Positions 6,942-15,647 of a stretch of DNA of 43,068 nucleotides are shown one piece after another; position 1 is the first letter of the stretch, and every line of letters starts with the position of its first letter. Source of the stretch: a virus; the IMG/VR virus record IMGVR_UViG_3300029179_000007, positions 1-43,068 of that record. The stretch is one strand, 5' to 3'. A program made the position numbers and the translations under genes. The notes below the pieces were generated by a model, which made no database searches, was not told the origin of the DNA, and was given only the letters and a program-made list of their open reading frames with translations.

Positions 6942-8009
6942 ATGGACATTAATCTAGTATACGCAATCAAAGAAGTAGCCTCTGGTGGCTTTACTACTAA
7001 GCATAAGCACAATGCTACTAAGCGCAAAGATTGGGCGCCTATTACTAAGAAAGCCGAAGCTATAGGCCGGCAATTAGAAATTAGGACCGAAGCAGAAGCT
7101 ACTGTAATCTGTCCTATTAGTGGCTTGATCGTTCCTTCTGACTTGCCGCCTACTGATAACGCTTTCCTAGTATGCGCGCATCCTATCGTATTTAATGCAC
7201 TAGCAATTATTGATAGTAACGAATACGTTAATAAGCTCAGCGAATCGCAATTGGCTGGCCTTATTCTAGCAATGCTGCACACTCTAGGTAAAGGTAGTAT
7301 TAGTCCTAAGTCTAGCGCCTTTGCAGTTAATGTTAGAATGCAGGCTCTCTTTAAGAAAGAGGAACTGTTAGAGTTTGCAGCATGGATATTCGATAACCTA
7401 GGCCGTACTAACGCCTATTATCCTCCTATTGAACTGTCGCATGAAACCATGCACAAAGGCACCTTCTTAGAATATACTAATTGGGTAGCCAATCTTAGTA
7501 CTGACTTCCTAGTGAGTGGCGTAGAAGAACGAATTATTAAGCCCACAACTCCTAGCACAGAAGTACAGATTAAACGTCTTGATAGCGCAGCTTATGATGA
7601 ATGGCTGGACATGGCTTCTAAGCTGACGCTTCCAAAGTCTTTTGTAGATAAGGCCAAGCCCTATATTAAGAAGCTGGTCAGTACTACTAATGACGACTTG
7701 ATTAATAAGATTTGCAGCAAAGTAGAAGCATTGGCTAAAGATGAAGCCGGAACGATTGGCCTAATAGACTCCACAGAATATCTTGAAATGGCAGCAGTAG
7801 GAGAGATATTCACATTAGAAGTCATGGCCATGCGTAAGAAAGCCGACAAGTTAGGCTACTATAAAGCGCAATTGGATGAATGGGATGCTCCTATTAGTGT
7901 TACTATTGCTTCCACTGGTAGCGTAGAACCTGCACCAGTAGTCAAAGCCGAAGTCGAAAAACCGAAAAAGGTTAATTTCCTAGACCTGCTTAAGAAGAAA
8001 GGGGCTTAA
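6942..8009 (+). CDS. Hypothetical replication-arm protein (355 aa from ATG 6942; the track ORF starts at TTG 6810)
   Basis: The promoter at 6817-6845 lies inside the track ORF. The first in-frame start after the predicted TSS is ATG 6942, with AGGA 8 nt upstream. The C-terminus is ...KPKKVNFLDLLKKKGA. Confidence 0.7.
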   Translation: MDINLVYAIKEVASGGFTTKHKHNATKRKDWAPITKKAEAIGRQLEIRTEAEATVICPISGLIVPSDLPPTDNAFLVCAHPIVFNALAIIDSNEYVNKLSESQLAGLILAMLHTLGKGSISPKSSAFAVNVRMQALFKKEELLEFAAWIFDNLGRTNAYYPPIELSHETMHKGTFLEYTNWVANLSTDFLVSGVEERIIKPTTPSTEVQIKRLDSAAYDEWLDMASKLTLPKSFVDKAKPYIKKLVSTTNDDLINKICSKVEALAKDEAGTIGLIDSTEYLEMAAVGEIFTLEVMAMRKKADKLGYYKAQLDEWDAPISVTIASTGSVEPAPVVKAEVEKPKKVNFLDLLKKKGA

Positions 8010-8010
8010 T

Positions 8011-8325
8011 ATGAACGCTGAATTTAAGCTCAGTAAGGTTAGAAAGCATCCCGAGTTTATTAAAGGCTTCTGTGCTAGTAGCACTATTCGCAAAGGACAG
8101 AAGGTTGTAGTAATTGACGGGCAAACTTGGCAATTACAACTAACAAAAGAACTAGAGGACGCTTTTGATAATCACGGCTTTAATAGTGTAATGTGCATTA
8201 TCAGTTGCCAGACTTATAAGCCTAAAGATAGTAAACCACGATTAATCGCTGTAGCCAAGCCGCACTACTATTCTTCTTACTACACTGCTCTGCGCGAATC
8301 CTACAATGGGAGAATCACAGTATGA
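8011..8325 (+). CDS. Hypothetical protein (104 aa)
   Basis: ATG lies 1 nt after the upstream stop. SD-like AAAGGGG. Confidence 0.7.
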   Translation: MNAEFKLSKVRKHPEFIKGFCASSTIRKGQKVVVIDGQTWQLQLTKELEDAFDNHGFNSVMCIISCQTYKPKDSKPRLIAVAKPHYYSSYYTALRESYNGRITV

Positions 8326-8383
8326 TTAAGGATAAGTAAATAGAGTCCTAGCCCTTAGTAGCTAGGGGCTAGTGCTAAGTTTA

Positions 8384-8413
8384 TTTACAATTAGTTAATT
8401 CATTAGTTAATTA
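8384..8413 (+). promoter_or_regulatory. Possible promoter (TTTACA-18-TAATTA) containing a tandem ttagttaatt repeat
   Basis: Hexamers read by eye. ttagttaatt occurs at 8391-8400 and 8403-8412. Confidence 0.35.
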
Positions 8414-8427
8414 TTGAGGCCAAGAAA

Positions 8428-10437
8428 ATGGCGATTGATTTTAAGTCACTGATTAAAAAGCCTGCTGCTGTTGAAGTAGTAGTCGAACCCAAAGTCGAAG
8501 AACCGAAGCAAGTAGTAGAAGCTCCTAAAGAGCAAAGTGCTGGTATGAGTTTCCTGCAAATGCTTGCTGCTAAGAAAGCAGAACAAGCTCCTAAGCTAGA
8601 GACTCCTGCTGAGATTGCAGTGCATAATGAAATAGTAGAAGATGCTCTGCCTAAGAATGATTTTGTACGCGAAGATAAGCCAGCAGCTAATGCTTTCCTT
8701 GCTAGACTTAATGCTCTTAAAGCCGGTAAACAAGCCGCAACGGTAGCAGAAGCTTCTATTGCTCCTGTATTAGAGCGCAGGGAAACGACTGCCTCTGATA
8801 TGGTACATGGCATTCCTCGTATTGTAGTAGCAGGCAATCCTCTTAACGATGATCAGATGCTAGCTTGTAAGTATGCTATGGAAGGCCAGTCTTGTGTAGT
8901 AACTGGTGCTGCTGGCACAGGTAAAACCACTGCACAAGCTGGCGTAGTACAAATGCTTATGGAACAGGACGCATTTGATACTCACGACTTCAAGTACATA
9001 GGCGAAGCTCCTAGTATTGCTATCTGTGCGTTCACTAAAGTAGCAGTGCGCAACATTGCTAAGGCTATTCGTAAGAATCCTAACATTGCTCAGTTTGCTC
9101 ATCATTGTATGACTATTCATGCTCTGCTTGAGTATGAGCCTGTAAAAGAAGAACGTACTGGAGACGACGGGCTAGCTTATGAAGTTCGTGTATTCCGTCC
9201 GCAACGTACTCAGTATAATCCTCTGCATATTACTCACCTGATCGTAGAAGAAGCTTCAATGGTTGGTACTGATCTTTGGGAAAACTTGTATAACGCTTTG
9301 CTTCCAGGCGTACAGATTATTTTCCTTGGTGATATTAACCAACTGCAGCCAGTATTTGGACGCCCGATCCTAGGCTATGCACTGTGCAAGCTGCCAGTAA
9401 TTGAACTTACTGAAGTTTATCGTCAAGCTCTGGACAATCCTATTATTGCTAATGCTCACAATGTCCTTAAAGGCAAGACTATTGAGACTAGCCCGGATGG
9501 TCGTTGTGCTGTAGTAACTGGCAAATCGAAGTTTAAGATTGGTCAAGATACTACTGCTGTAGCAATGATTAAAATGTTCAAACAGCTCTTTGAAGCTGGA
9601 GAATATGACCCTAATCAGGACATGGTACTGAGTGCATGGAATAAGAAAGCCCTTGGCACTATTAATATCAACGAAGGTATTGCTACTTTCCTTGGAGCTG
9701 CTCGCGGCGCATTAGTACATGAAGTACGCGCAGGCTTTAATCGCTGGTTCTTAGCAGTAGGCGATCGCGTATTAGTAGACAAGCGTGCTGGTACAATCGT
9801 TAAGATAGTAACCAACCCTAAGTATGTAGGCGCAGCTTGTAAGCCTGCTGGTAGCTGGACTCGCGCTGGTGTGCCTATTATTGGCGGTCACTTTGCAGAG
9901 GACGTAGACTTTGACTCAGAAGTAGCTGATGAATCGATTGATTATTCAGACTTCTCGCTTGGTAACGTAGAAGCGGCTAATGAAGAATCTGAATATAAGA
10001 CTCGGGCTGCTAGCCATGTTGTCCATGTAGTCTATTTCGATCAAGTACCTGAAGGTGAAGATCCTATGGACTACACTGGACTTGCAGAAGAACTTAGTAG
10101 CGCAGGCGACTTCCGTAATGAGTTCTTCCAGTTCGGCTATTGCATGACTGTGCATAAGAGCCAAGGTAGTGAGTGGCGTAAAGTGTTTTTTATTAGCCAC
10201 TACGATCATGCTGTAAGCGTTAGTCGTGAGATGCTCTATACTGCGCTAACTCGTGCTCGTGAAGTATTCACTGCATTCTGTAAAGCAGACTTCTTAGAAG
10301 CAGCTGCTAAACGTGCGGAAATCAAAGGCGAATCCTTGCAGGCGAAGATTGAATACTTCACTAAGGGTATTATTGACGTAGCCAATGATGAAGTTAAACT
10401 CATTCCTCCTAGCCTTGACTCACTGAGCCATGAATAG
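8428..10437 (+). CDS. SF1B RecD/Dda-like DNA helicase with a roughly 125-aa low-complexity N-terminal leader
   Basis: Walker A VVTGAAGTGKTT, Walker B LIVEEASMV, and MTVHKSQGSEWRKVF, typical of RecD/TraA-type helicases. Confidence 0.85.
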   Translation: MAIDFKSLIKKPAAVEVVVEPKVEEPKQVVEAPKEQSAGMSFLQMLAAKKAEQAPKLETPAEIAVHNEIVEDALPKNDFVREDKPAANAFLARLNALKAGKQAATVAEASIAPVLERRETTASDMVHGIPRIVVAGNPLNDDQMLACKYAMEGQSCVVTGAAGTGKTTAQAGVVQMLMEQDAFDTHDFKYIGEAPSIAICAFTKVAVRNIAKAIRKNPNIAQFAHHCMTIHALLEYEPVKEERTGDDGLAYEVRVFRPQRTQYNPLHITHLIVEEASMVGTDLWENLYNALLPGVQIIFLGDINQLQPVFGRPILGYALCKLPVIELTEVYRQALDNPIIANAHNVLKGKTIETSPDGRCAVVTGKSKFKIGQDTTAVAMIKMFKQLFEAGEYDPNQDMVLSAWNKKALGTININEGIATFLGAARGALVHEVRAGFNRWFLAVGDRVLVDKRAGTIVKIVTNPKYVGAACKPAGSWTRAGVPIIGGHFAEDVDFDSEVADESIDYSDFSLGNVEAANEESEYKTRAASHVVHVVYFDQVPEGEDPMDYTGLAEELSSAGDFRNEFFQFGYCMTVHKSQGSEWRKVFFISHYDHAVSVSREMLYTALTRAREVFTAFCKADFLEAAAKRAEIKGESLQAKIEYFTKGIIDVANDEVKLIPPSLDSLSHE

Positions 10438-10867
10438 AGAATATGAAATTGAACAGATACTCAGAAGTGCGTTGCTCCTACCGTATGCTCCTCTAGTAGT
10501 ACAAGAGTGGTTGTGCGGTCCTAATCTTGAATCTCGTCTAGCTGGCTTTGCTAATTCTTACACTGACAAATTTTGGACTGGCCTTACTGATAGTACAGTG
10601 CGTGGTGTCTACTGCGTTAATTGCTTTGCAAAGCTTGGAGAATGCGCTGGCGGCGCTTTGAAACGGTCGTGCCCATTCTGCAAGCGGTATAGTAGACAGC
10701 ACTCATTAGCAGCCGCTGCAATAAACAATGTTTTAATAGGCACTTATGCTGAATCAACAGTGTGCAAAGTGCTAGACGAATATCATAGGATTTGGAGCAT
10801 TAGCAATGAGTATCAACAAACAAATGCAAGAACTGGTACGCCAGTTGAAGGAGAACACTGTAGTTAG
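10430..10867 (+). CDS. Hypothetical Cys-rich (zinc-ribbon-like) protein
   Basis: The ATG overlaps the helicase stop (ATGAATAG). Contains CVNC...CPFC. Confidence 0.6.
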   Translation: MNREYEIEQILRSALLLPYAPLVVQEWLCGPNLESRLAGFANSYTDKFWTGLTDSTVRGVYCVNCFAKLGECAGGALKRSCPFCKRYSRQHSLAAAAINNVLIGTYAESTVCKVLDEYHRIWSISNEYQQTNARTGTPVEGEHCS

Positions 10868-11096
10868 TGTAATCCTCTCTGGTGATACTAATATCAGTCA
10901 ATTCAAGCGACGCTTCTCGGTAGTAAAAACCCGTGCAGACGTAGAAGGTAAATTGGACTTTAGTATAGAAGAACTGGATGAAGAATTTATGCTAGCCAAC
11001 TATAACAAAGCTGGCAAAGGTTACAACATGACTATTGTGTTGTTGCCGTATCCTCCAAAGGGTAACATTCTGGACATTAAGACAGGAGATGTGTGA
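10806..11096 (+). CDS. Hypothetical protein (96 aa)
   Basis: GGAG SD 8 nt before ATG 10806. Overlaps the upstream ORF by 62 nt. Confidence 0.6.
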   Translation: MSINKQMQELVRQLKENTVVSVILSGDTNISQFKRRFSVVKTRADVEGKLDFSIEELDEEFMLANYNKAGKGYNMTIVLLPYPPKGNILDIKTGDV

Positions 11097-11674
11097 TGGT
11101 AGACTTTACCGCATTGCTGGCTAAGAAGAAGGCTGAGCGAGAGGCGCAAGGAGGAGTTATTACTCCTGCTCCTGTAGCTTCTGCTACTACTGAAACTCCT
11201 AAGCCTAATAACTTCTTGCAACAACTGGCAGCTAAAGCCGCAAGCAAAGCCGCAGATATTCAGCCTATTGGAGTGCCAGAAGTAGCTCCTATTCCAAAGG
11301 TAATCTCTGCTGCTAACCTTGCTGCTAAGGCTACAGAAGGACAGGCTGAGGCAGAAGTAGCAGGGGATACGAAAGTAGCTCTGGATAATATCCGTCAAAA
11401 AATTCACGATATTCAGGAAATGAATGGCGGAGAACTTAGCGGAGCAATGACTACTCTGCGTGAGATGCTTCGTGCTAACCCTGCTGCTTGCAGTCTCATG
11501 CTACCAGAAGATATGGGCCTTATGGTTCGTGCTCTGCGCAAGATGACTAACAATACTCAAGCTCTTTCCATGGGTGCTGCTAAGACTAGCAAGAAGCCTG
11601 GTAAAGAGAAAGAACTTAGTGTTGAAGAAGTTCTTGCACTAGCTGCGGAGAATGGCACTGATGGCTGGGACTAA
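11096..11674 (+). CDS. Hypothetical protein (192 aa) with an A/K/P-rich N-terminal half
   Basis: TGATG stop/start overlap and AGGAG SD. The N-terminus is MVDFTALLAKKKAE and the C-terminus is ...AAENGTDGWD. Confidence 0.75.
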   Translation: MVDFTALLAKKKAEREAQGGVITPAPVASATTETPKPNNFLQQLAAKAASKAADIQPIGVPEVAPIPKVISAANLAAKATEGQAEAEVAGDTKVALDNIRQKIHDIQEMNGGELSGAMTTLREMLRANPAACSLMLPEDMGLMVRALRKMTNNTQALSMGAAKTSKKPGKEKELSVEEVLALAAENGTDGWD

Positions 11675-11711
11675 CACTCCCTTAATGAACAAACAAATAG
11701 GAAGTCCAGCA

Positions 11712-11912
11712 ATGAAAAACCCTAAGACTTATTTTATCGCAATGCCGTCTGGTCAGAATCGTAAAGTTCGTGGTCTGCTTGTTCAGACTAAAGGCTCTAT
11801 GGGAGAAGATTTGCTCAAAGGTGAGATTATTGTTGCTCGTGTAGGAGAGCATATTCTTACTGAGCAAACTACTATCAACGTGACTGACTGCACTGTAACT
11901 ATTAAGGGGTAG
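11712..11912 (+). CDS. Hypothetical protein (66 aa)
   Basis: AGGAAG SD before ATG 11712 (MKNPKTYFIAMP...). The track ORF begins upstream at 11652, inside the previous gene. Confidence 0.55.
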   Translation: MKNPKTYFIAMPSGQNRKVRGLLVQTKGSMGEDLLKGEIIVARVGEHILTEQTTINVTDCTVTIKG

Positions 11913-11915
11913 GCT

Positions 11916-12113
11916 ATGGATAAACTAATATTAATATCCTTAGCAAAAGCAGCATTTAAAAAAGAACTACTGCAATATGCTAAAAACGAGGAGGACAAAG
12001 TTAAGGTAACGCCGATTGTAAGAGAGCATTATGGAGACTGCGACATGCCAATTAAAAAACCTCGCAAGTCTAAAGGTGAAAAGCATCGTAATCGTAAGAA
12101 TCGCTGGAGCTAA
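11916..12113 (+). CDS. Hypothetical basic protein (65 aa)
   Basis: AAGGGG SD and tight packing. Confidence 0.6.
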   Translation: MDKLILISLAKAAFKKELLQYAKNEEDKVKVTPIVREHYGDCDMPIKKPRKSKGEKHRNRKNRWS

Positions 12114-12116
12114 GTC

Positions 12117-12383
12117 ATGCCTAAGGCAATCTGCAAAGGTCTTAATCTTCGTCCACTACAGAAACAATTGCGTCAAGAACTTGGTGATCTTGCCCGCTTT
12201 CAGCACCTGTACAATAGTCTCAAGAGCAAAGGTATCATAGTAGAACCCTTGTACCTAGACTACGAAGCTGCACGGGCAACGATCTACGAACGCTACAACG
12301 CCCACAAGAATCATATGATTCAAGCTCATAAAGATCGGGAGAAAATCAATGCGCGTAACGTATCACAGTATCTCCCATTCTAG
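12117..12383 (+). CDS. Hypothetical protein (88 aa)
   Basis: GGAG SD. The ATG is 3 nt after the upstream stop. Confidence 0.65.
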   Translation: MPKAICKGLNLRPLQKQLRQELGDLARFQHLYNSLKSKGIIVEPLYLDYEAARATIYERYNAHKNHMIQAHKDREKINARNVSQYLPF

Positions 12384-12525
12384 TTGCGTGCGCTGCGAAG
12401 ATGTAGGCATTGAGTACGTTGTACTATGGCCACTTCATGACGCAGGCGAAATTAAACTTCTAATTGCTTGGAGTAAGCTACCATGGGTACAGAAGAAAGC
12501 GGGCGGAAGGAAGTCTATGAGTTAG
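12349..12525 (+). CDS. Possible 58-aa ORF filling the 12384-12482 gap (too short for the ORF track)
   Basis: GGGAG SD before ATG 12349 (MRVTYHSISHSSCVRCEDVG...). It overlaps both neighbours by 35 and 43 nt, so it is uncertain. Confidence 0.3.
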   Translation: MRVTYHSISHSSCVRCEDVGIEYVVLWPLHDAGEIKLLIAWSKLPWVQKKAGGRKSMS

Positions 12526-12677
12526 CAGTAAAGTGGCCAGGAGAAGAATGGGACATAGAAGTCTATACAAACGAGCAAGCAGTGCGCAATAGAACTAAGC
12601 ACCTACTCAGTATTCATCCTACTGAGCGGCCCAAGTTCTATTGCGAGCACAATGATAAGACCATCGTAAAAGGGTGA
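12483..12677 (+). CDS. Hypothetical protein (64 aa)
   Basis: GGAG SD 9 nt before the ATG. Confidence 0.6.
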   Translation: MGTEESGRKEVYELAVKWPGEEWDIEVYTNEQAVRNRTKHLLSIHPTERPKFYCEHNDKTIVKG

Positions 12678-12679
12678 GC

Positions 12680-12886
12680 ATGAAACGAATAAAGATCATC
12701 CGAAAGAAAAACGGAAAGGCTTACTATATTCTTTTTGCTCGTAAAAATAAAAAAGGTTTTTATACCTTTTGGAAGTTTTCGCACAAAGTAGAATGTGCAA
12801 AGCCTTTCGACGCTAAGGACGCTATCAGTATGCGTGACGCGTTAGTTAAGAAGTACAACTTCGAAATTCAGATCGAGGCAATCTAA
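12680..12886 (+). CDS. Hypothetical basic protein (68 aa from ATG 12680)
   Basis: AAAGGG SD 5 nt before ATG 12680. The track start, GTG 12674, has no spacer. Confidence 0.6.
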   Translation: MKRIKIIRKKNGKAYYILFARKNKKGFYTFWKFSHKVECAKPFDAKDAISMRDALVKKYNFEIQIEAI

Positions 12887-13104
12887 TGAAATATTACACG
12901 GAAGAAGAAGTACAAGAGATAGTACTCAATGCTGTAGTAGCAGGCTTTAATATTACCTCCTATCGCGTGAATGCTGAGAACTGCGGCACGATAGAAGAAT
13001 GTCTGAGCAAAGGTACTAAAGAAATCTGGCATTCTGTAGCTATTGATGCTTGCAAAACGGAAGCCAATGCAATTCTCAAAGAACTTAATGTACAGGAGAT
13101 TTAA
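12886..13104 (+). CDS. Hypothetical protein (72 aa)
   Basis: TAATG stop/start overlap. Confidence 0.6.
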   Translation: MKYYTEEEVQEIVLNAVVAGFNITSYRVNAENCGTIEECLSKGTKEIWHSVAIDACKTEANAILKELNVQEI

Positions 13105-13106
13105 TA

Positions 13107-13361
13107 ATGTCTACTGCAAAAGCTGCACCGCGCAAGTTGAAAGTTGGTGATAAAGTAATCTTCATGCTGCATGATGACACTGGCTATCAAGGTTCCATTA
13201 AGCGCAACGTCTGGCATGAAGGTACTGTAGACTATATATCTGATACAGGCGTAATGCATATAGAGTTTATGCACCACTTGAACTTCTGTTCTCTGCTTAA
13301 GTATGTGCATACAAATTGCCAAGCTCTTGGGCGTATTACTATCATTCGCAAGGTGTCCTAA
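13107..13361 (+). CDS. Hypothetical protein (84 aa)
   Basis: AGGAG SD 8 nt before the ATG. Confidence 0.65.
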   Translation: MSTAKAAPRKLKVGDKVIFMLHDDTGYQGSIKRNVWHEGTVDYISDTGVMHIEFMHHLNFCSLLKYVHTNCQALGRITIIRKVS

Positions 13362-13362
13362 G

Positions 13363-14394
13363 ATGGAACTCGATCTTACTAGACCGCTTGGCGAGATAGA
13401 ATTGCCTAGTGGAGTAGTGTTCACGCCTCCTCCTGGCACTATTCTTATGAATGATCCGACGGCTAAAGTTCGTCTGTCTCATTCTACTAATGCTCTGATG
13501 CACTCGTGCGAGCGCAAGTTTCAAAAGACTAAGCTGCTACTGAGCCGGCATCCTCGTGATGAGACTCCCGCTACTGCTTTCGGTAAAGGCTTTGGTGCAG
13601 CAGTACAGCACTACATGGTCCTTCGTACTATGGGTGAGAATGCTCAAGTAGCAATCGACTCAGCAATCTATGAAGGCGTACTTAACTGGGGTACGCCTAG
13701 TGTGTATGACGATCGACGTTTTATTGAGCGTCTGGTATACGTCATTCAGCTTAGTCAATCATTCTCTGAGCGTATGCTTATGGAATGGGAGATTGCTGAG
13801 TTCAATGGACGGTTCGCTACTGAGCTTTCGTTCAAGATCAATATTACTGATCGCTACTACTTCGTAGGTTATATTGACCTTGTACTGCGCAATGTAAAGA
13901 ACGGTCGCTATGCTCCTACCGACTATAAAACTACGTCTATTACTGGCGAGGACTTAACTCCGCACTTTAAGTTTAGTGACCAAGTACTAGGCTATTCCAT
14001 TGTACTAGACGCCATTGTTGGTAAGCACCTTACTGACTTTGATGTCAACTACTGGGTAGCGCAGCTAGCTAATCATGGTAAAGCTGCTATGTGGAATGCT
14101 AACTTTAGAGACTATAGCTTCCCTAAAACTTTGCGCGATCGCTTTGAGTGGTTCCTTAAACTGTACTTGGACGTAAACTATATTGAGTCTTTGAAAGACC
14201 TTGAGGTTTACCCACGTCGTAATGCTTGCCGTGCGTACAACCGTACCTGTCAGTTCTTTGGTGAATGCCAGTTCACTGAGACTGATCAATTTGCTCCATA
14301 CATTCCAGATGATATGGTCTATGACTTTGAGTTCGAGTTGAACGATCTGTTCATGGATCACCAAGAGCGGCTTAATATAATAACGAGGGCTTAA
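13363..14394 (+). CDS. Cas4/RecB-like PD-(D/E)XK nuclease with a Cys cluster
   Basis: GYIDLVL...PTDYKTT nuclease core. One N-terminal Cys (MHSCERKF) plus C-terminal CRAYNRTCQFFGEC suggests a 4Fe-4S cluster. ATG 13363 has an AAGGTG SD and follows the upstream stop. Confidence 0.75.
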   Translation: MELDLTRPLGEIELPSGVVFTPPPGTILMNDPTAKVRLSHSTNALMHSCERKFQKTKLLLSRHPRDETPATAFGKGFGAAVQHYMVLRTMGENAQVAIDSAIYEGVLNWGTPSVYDDRRFIERLVYVIQLSQSFSERMLMEWEIAEFNGRFATELSFKINITDRYYFVGYIDLVLRNVKNGRYAPTDYKTTSITGEDLTPHFKFSDQVLGYSIVLDAIVGKHLTDFDVNYWVAQLANHGKAAMWNANFRDYSFPKTLRDRFEWFLKLYLDVNYIESLKDLEVYPRRNACRAYNRTCQFFGECQFTETDQFAPYIPDDMVYDFEFELNDLFMDHQERLNIITRA

Positions 14395-14396
14395 TC

Positions 14397-14672
14397 ATGT
14401 GGGCTGAATATCTGATAGTGTTTATACTGTTGATATGTGCTGTATTTGCAGTAAGCAAATGGATTCTTGTAGACGCAGAAACGGATGAGCTAGAGTTGGA
14501 CCTTCTAGCCATTCGCAATAAAGACGTGTCTACGGATTACGCATACCAAGTAAACGTATCATCTCTGCGGGATGAGTACACCTGCTACAAAGAACTGATG
14601 CACAAGAGCCAGCACATAATGAGCTATGATGACTGGCTCATTCAACGTATCGTAATTGAACAAGGGGAATAG
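14397..14672 (+). CDS. Small membrane-anchored protein (91 aa)
   Basis: N-terminal hydrophobic segment YLIVFILLICAVFAVSKWIL. GAGGG SD. Confidence 0.65.
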   Translation: MWAEYLIVFILLICAVFAVSKWILVDAETDELELDLLAIRNKDVSTDYAYQVNVSSLRDEYTCYKELMHKSQHIMSYDDWLIQRIVIEQGE

Positions 14673-14674
14673 GC

Positions 14675-14917
14675 ATGGATGACCTATCTAAAATTTTCAA
14701 TAAGCAAATAGCGGACTTGGGTAAGCTGCGAAAAGATACCTGTACTGCTATCCTTATTGGACGTAATCAGCTCAAGGCTGTAGAAGAAAATCTTACTATG
14801 TATAAAGTAGAAGATCCTTCTATGCTTGGTAAGATGTTTTTGCATGGTATTCCCTTTATCAAAGTGGATGCCGATGACTATCTCAAATTCGTTTATGGAG
14901 AAATTCGCAATGACTAA
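14675..14917 (+). CDS. Hypothetical protein (80 aa)
   Basis: AAGGGG SD and tight packing. Confidence 0.65.
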   Translation: MDDLSKIFNKQIADLGKLRKDTCTAILIGRNQLKAVEENLTMYKVEDPSMLGKMFLHGIPFIKVDADDYLKFVYGEIRND

Positions 14918-15551
14918 TACCATCCGCGTTATTAGTATCGACTGTGAAACCACTGCTCTTAACCATATCCTAGGCCATGCCTGGGCTATTGGTATTGCAT
15001 GGACTGACTATCCTCTGAGTCATGTAATTGGAGCTGTGTATAAGCAGCCTATTTGTCATGAGCTGATTGAGATTGCTATTCCTAAGCAGTGGTGGGATGG
15101 CGAGACTTTCCGTTTCTGTATGAAACATAATAGCACTCGGCTTAATGAACTGATGGTTAAGGCTGCACAACATGAACAAGAGCATGGCGTGTTTGATTCT
15201 TTTGAAGCTGTAGAGTTGTACATTCAAGATCAAGCCGCAACAAAATTAGCTGCTACTGTACAGAACCTTATTCGTGGGCTAGGCAAAGAGGATTATATTG
15301 TAGTATTTAATCATCCTGATTTTGACGTTCCCTTCCTGCAAAAGATTTGGCCAGGCTTCAAGGATAAAGGCTTCTACTACCGCAATATTAAAGATATGCA
15401 GTCGCTTATCGAAGGCCATCTTGGTAGATTGCAAGCAGCTCAATACCTTAAGGCTAGTAAAGAAGCTATCGGGGGAGTTAAGCATTCAGCCGTAGACGAT
15501 GCTATCAACCAGCTTAAGACGCTGATTGGTAGTGGAGCAATCAAGAAATAG
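14910..15551 (+). CDS. DEDDh (DnaQ-like) 3'-5' exonuclease
   Basis: ExoI VISIDCETTAL, ExoII VVFNHPDFDVPFL, ExoIII HSAVDDA. ATG 14910 overlaps the upstream stop (ATGACTAA). Confidence 0.8.
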   Translation: MTNTIRVISIDCETTALNHILGHAWAIGIAWTDYPLSHVIGAVYKQPICHELIEIAIPKQWWDGETFRFCMKHNSTRLNELMVKAAQHEQEHGVFDSFEAVELYIQDQAATKLAATVQNLIRGLGKEDYIVVFNHPDFDVPFLQKIWPGFKDKGFYYRNIKDMQSLIEGHLGRLQAAQYLKASKEAIGGVKHSAVDDAINQLKTLIGSGAIKK

Positions 15552-15570
15552 ACTACGAAAAATTTTGGGG

Positions 15571-15599
15571 TTGCAAATTTTGCAATCGGCGGGTATAGT
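15571..15599 (+). promoter_or_regulatory. Sigma70-type promoter (TTGCAA-17-TATAGT) with an upstream A/T tract
   Basis: Hexamers at 15571-15576 and 15594-15599, preceded by aaaaattttgggg. Confidence 0.6.
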
Positions 15600-15647
15600 G
15601 GGCAGACATGACGCCTCGAATTATTAGTCTATCTGGAGCTAGTTATA

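Noticed and set aside
5887-8350. Dispersed 10-mers repeated in intergenic DNA: tagagtccta at 5887 and 8341, atgacgcctc at 4635 and 15608, gagtcctaac at 5369 and 5889
   Set aside because: Hundreds of exact 10-mer pairs are expected by chance in 43 kb, and without local periodicity these are not significant.
4055-14826. The longer track starts: TTG 4055 (terS), GTG 6063, TTG 6810, 13303 and 14826
   Set aside because: They lack SD sequences, overlap upstream genes or promoters, or precede a predicted TSS. Downstream starts with an SD and stop/start coupling fit better. The stop coordinates are unchanged.
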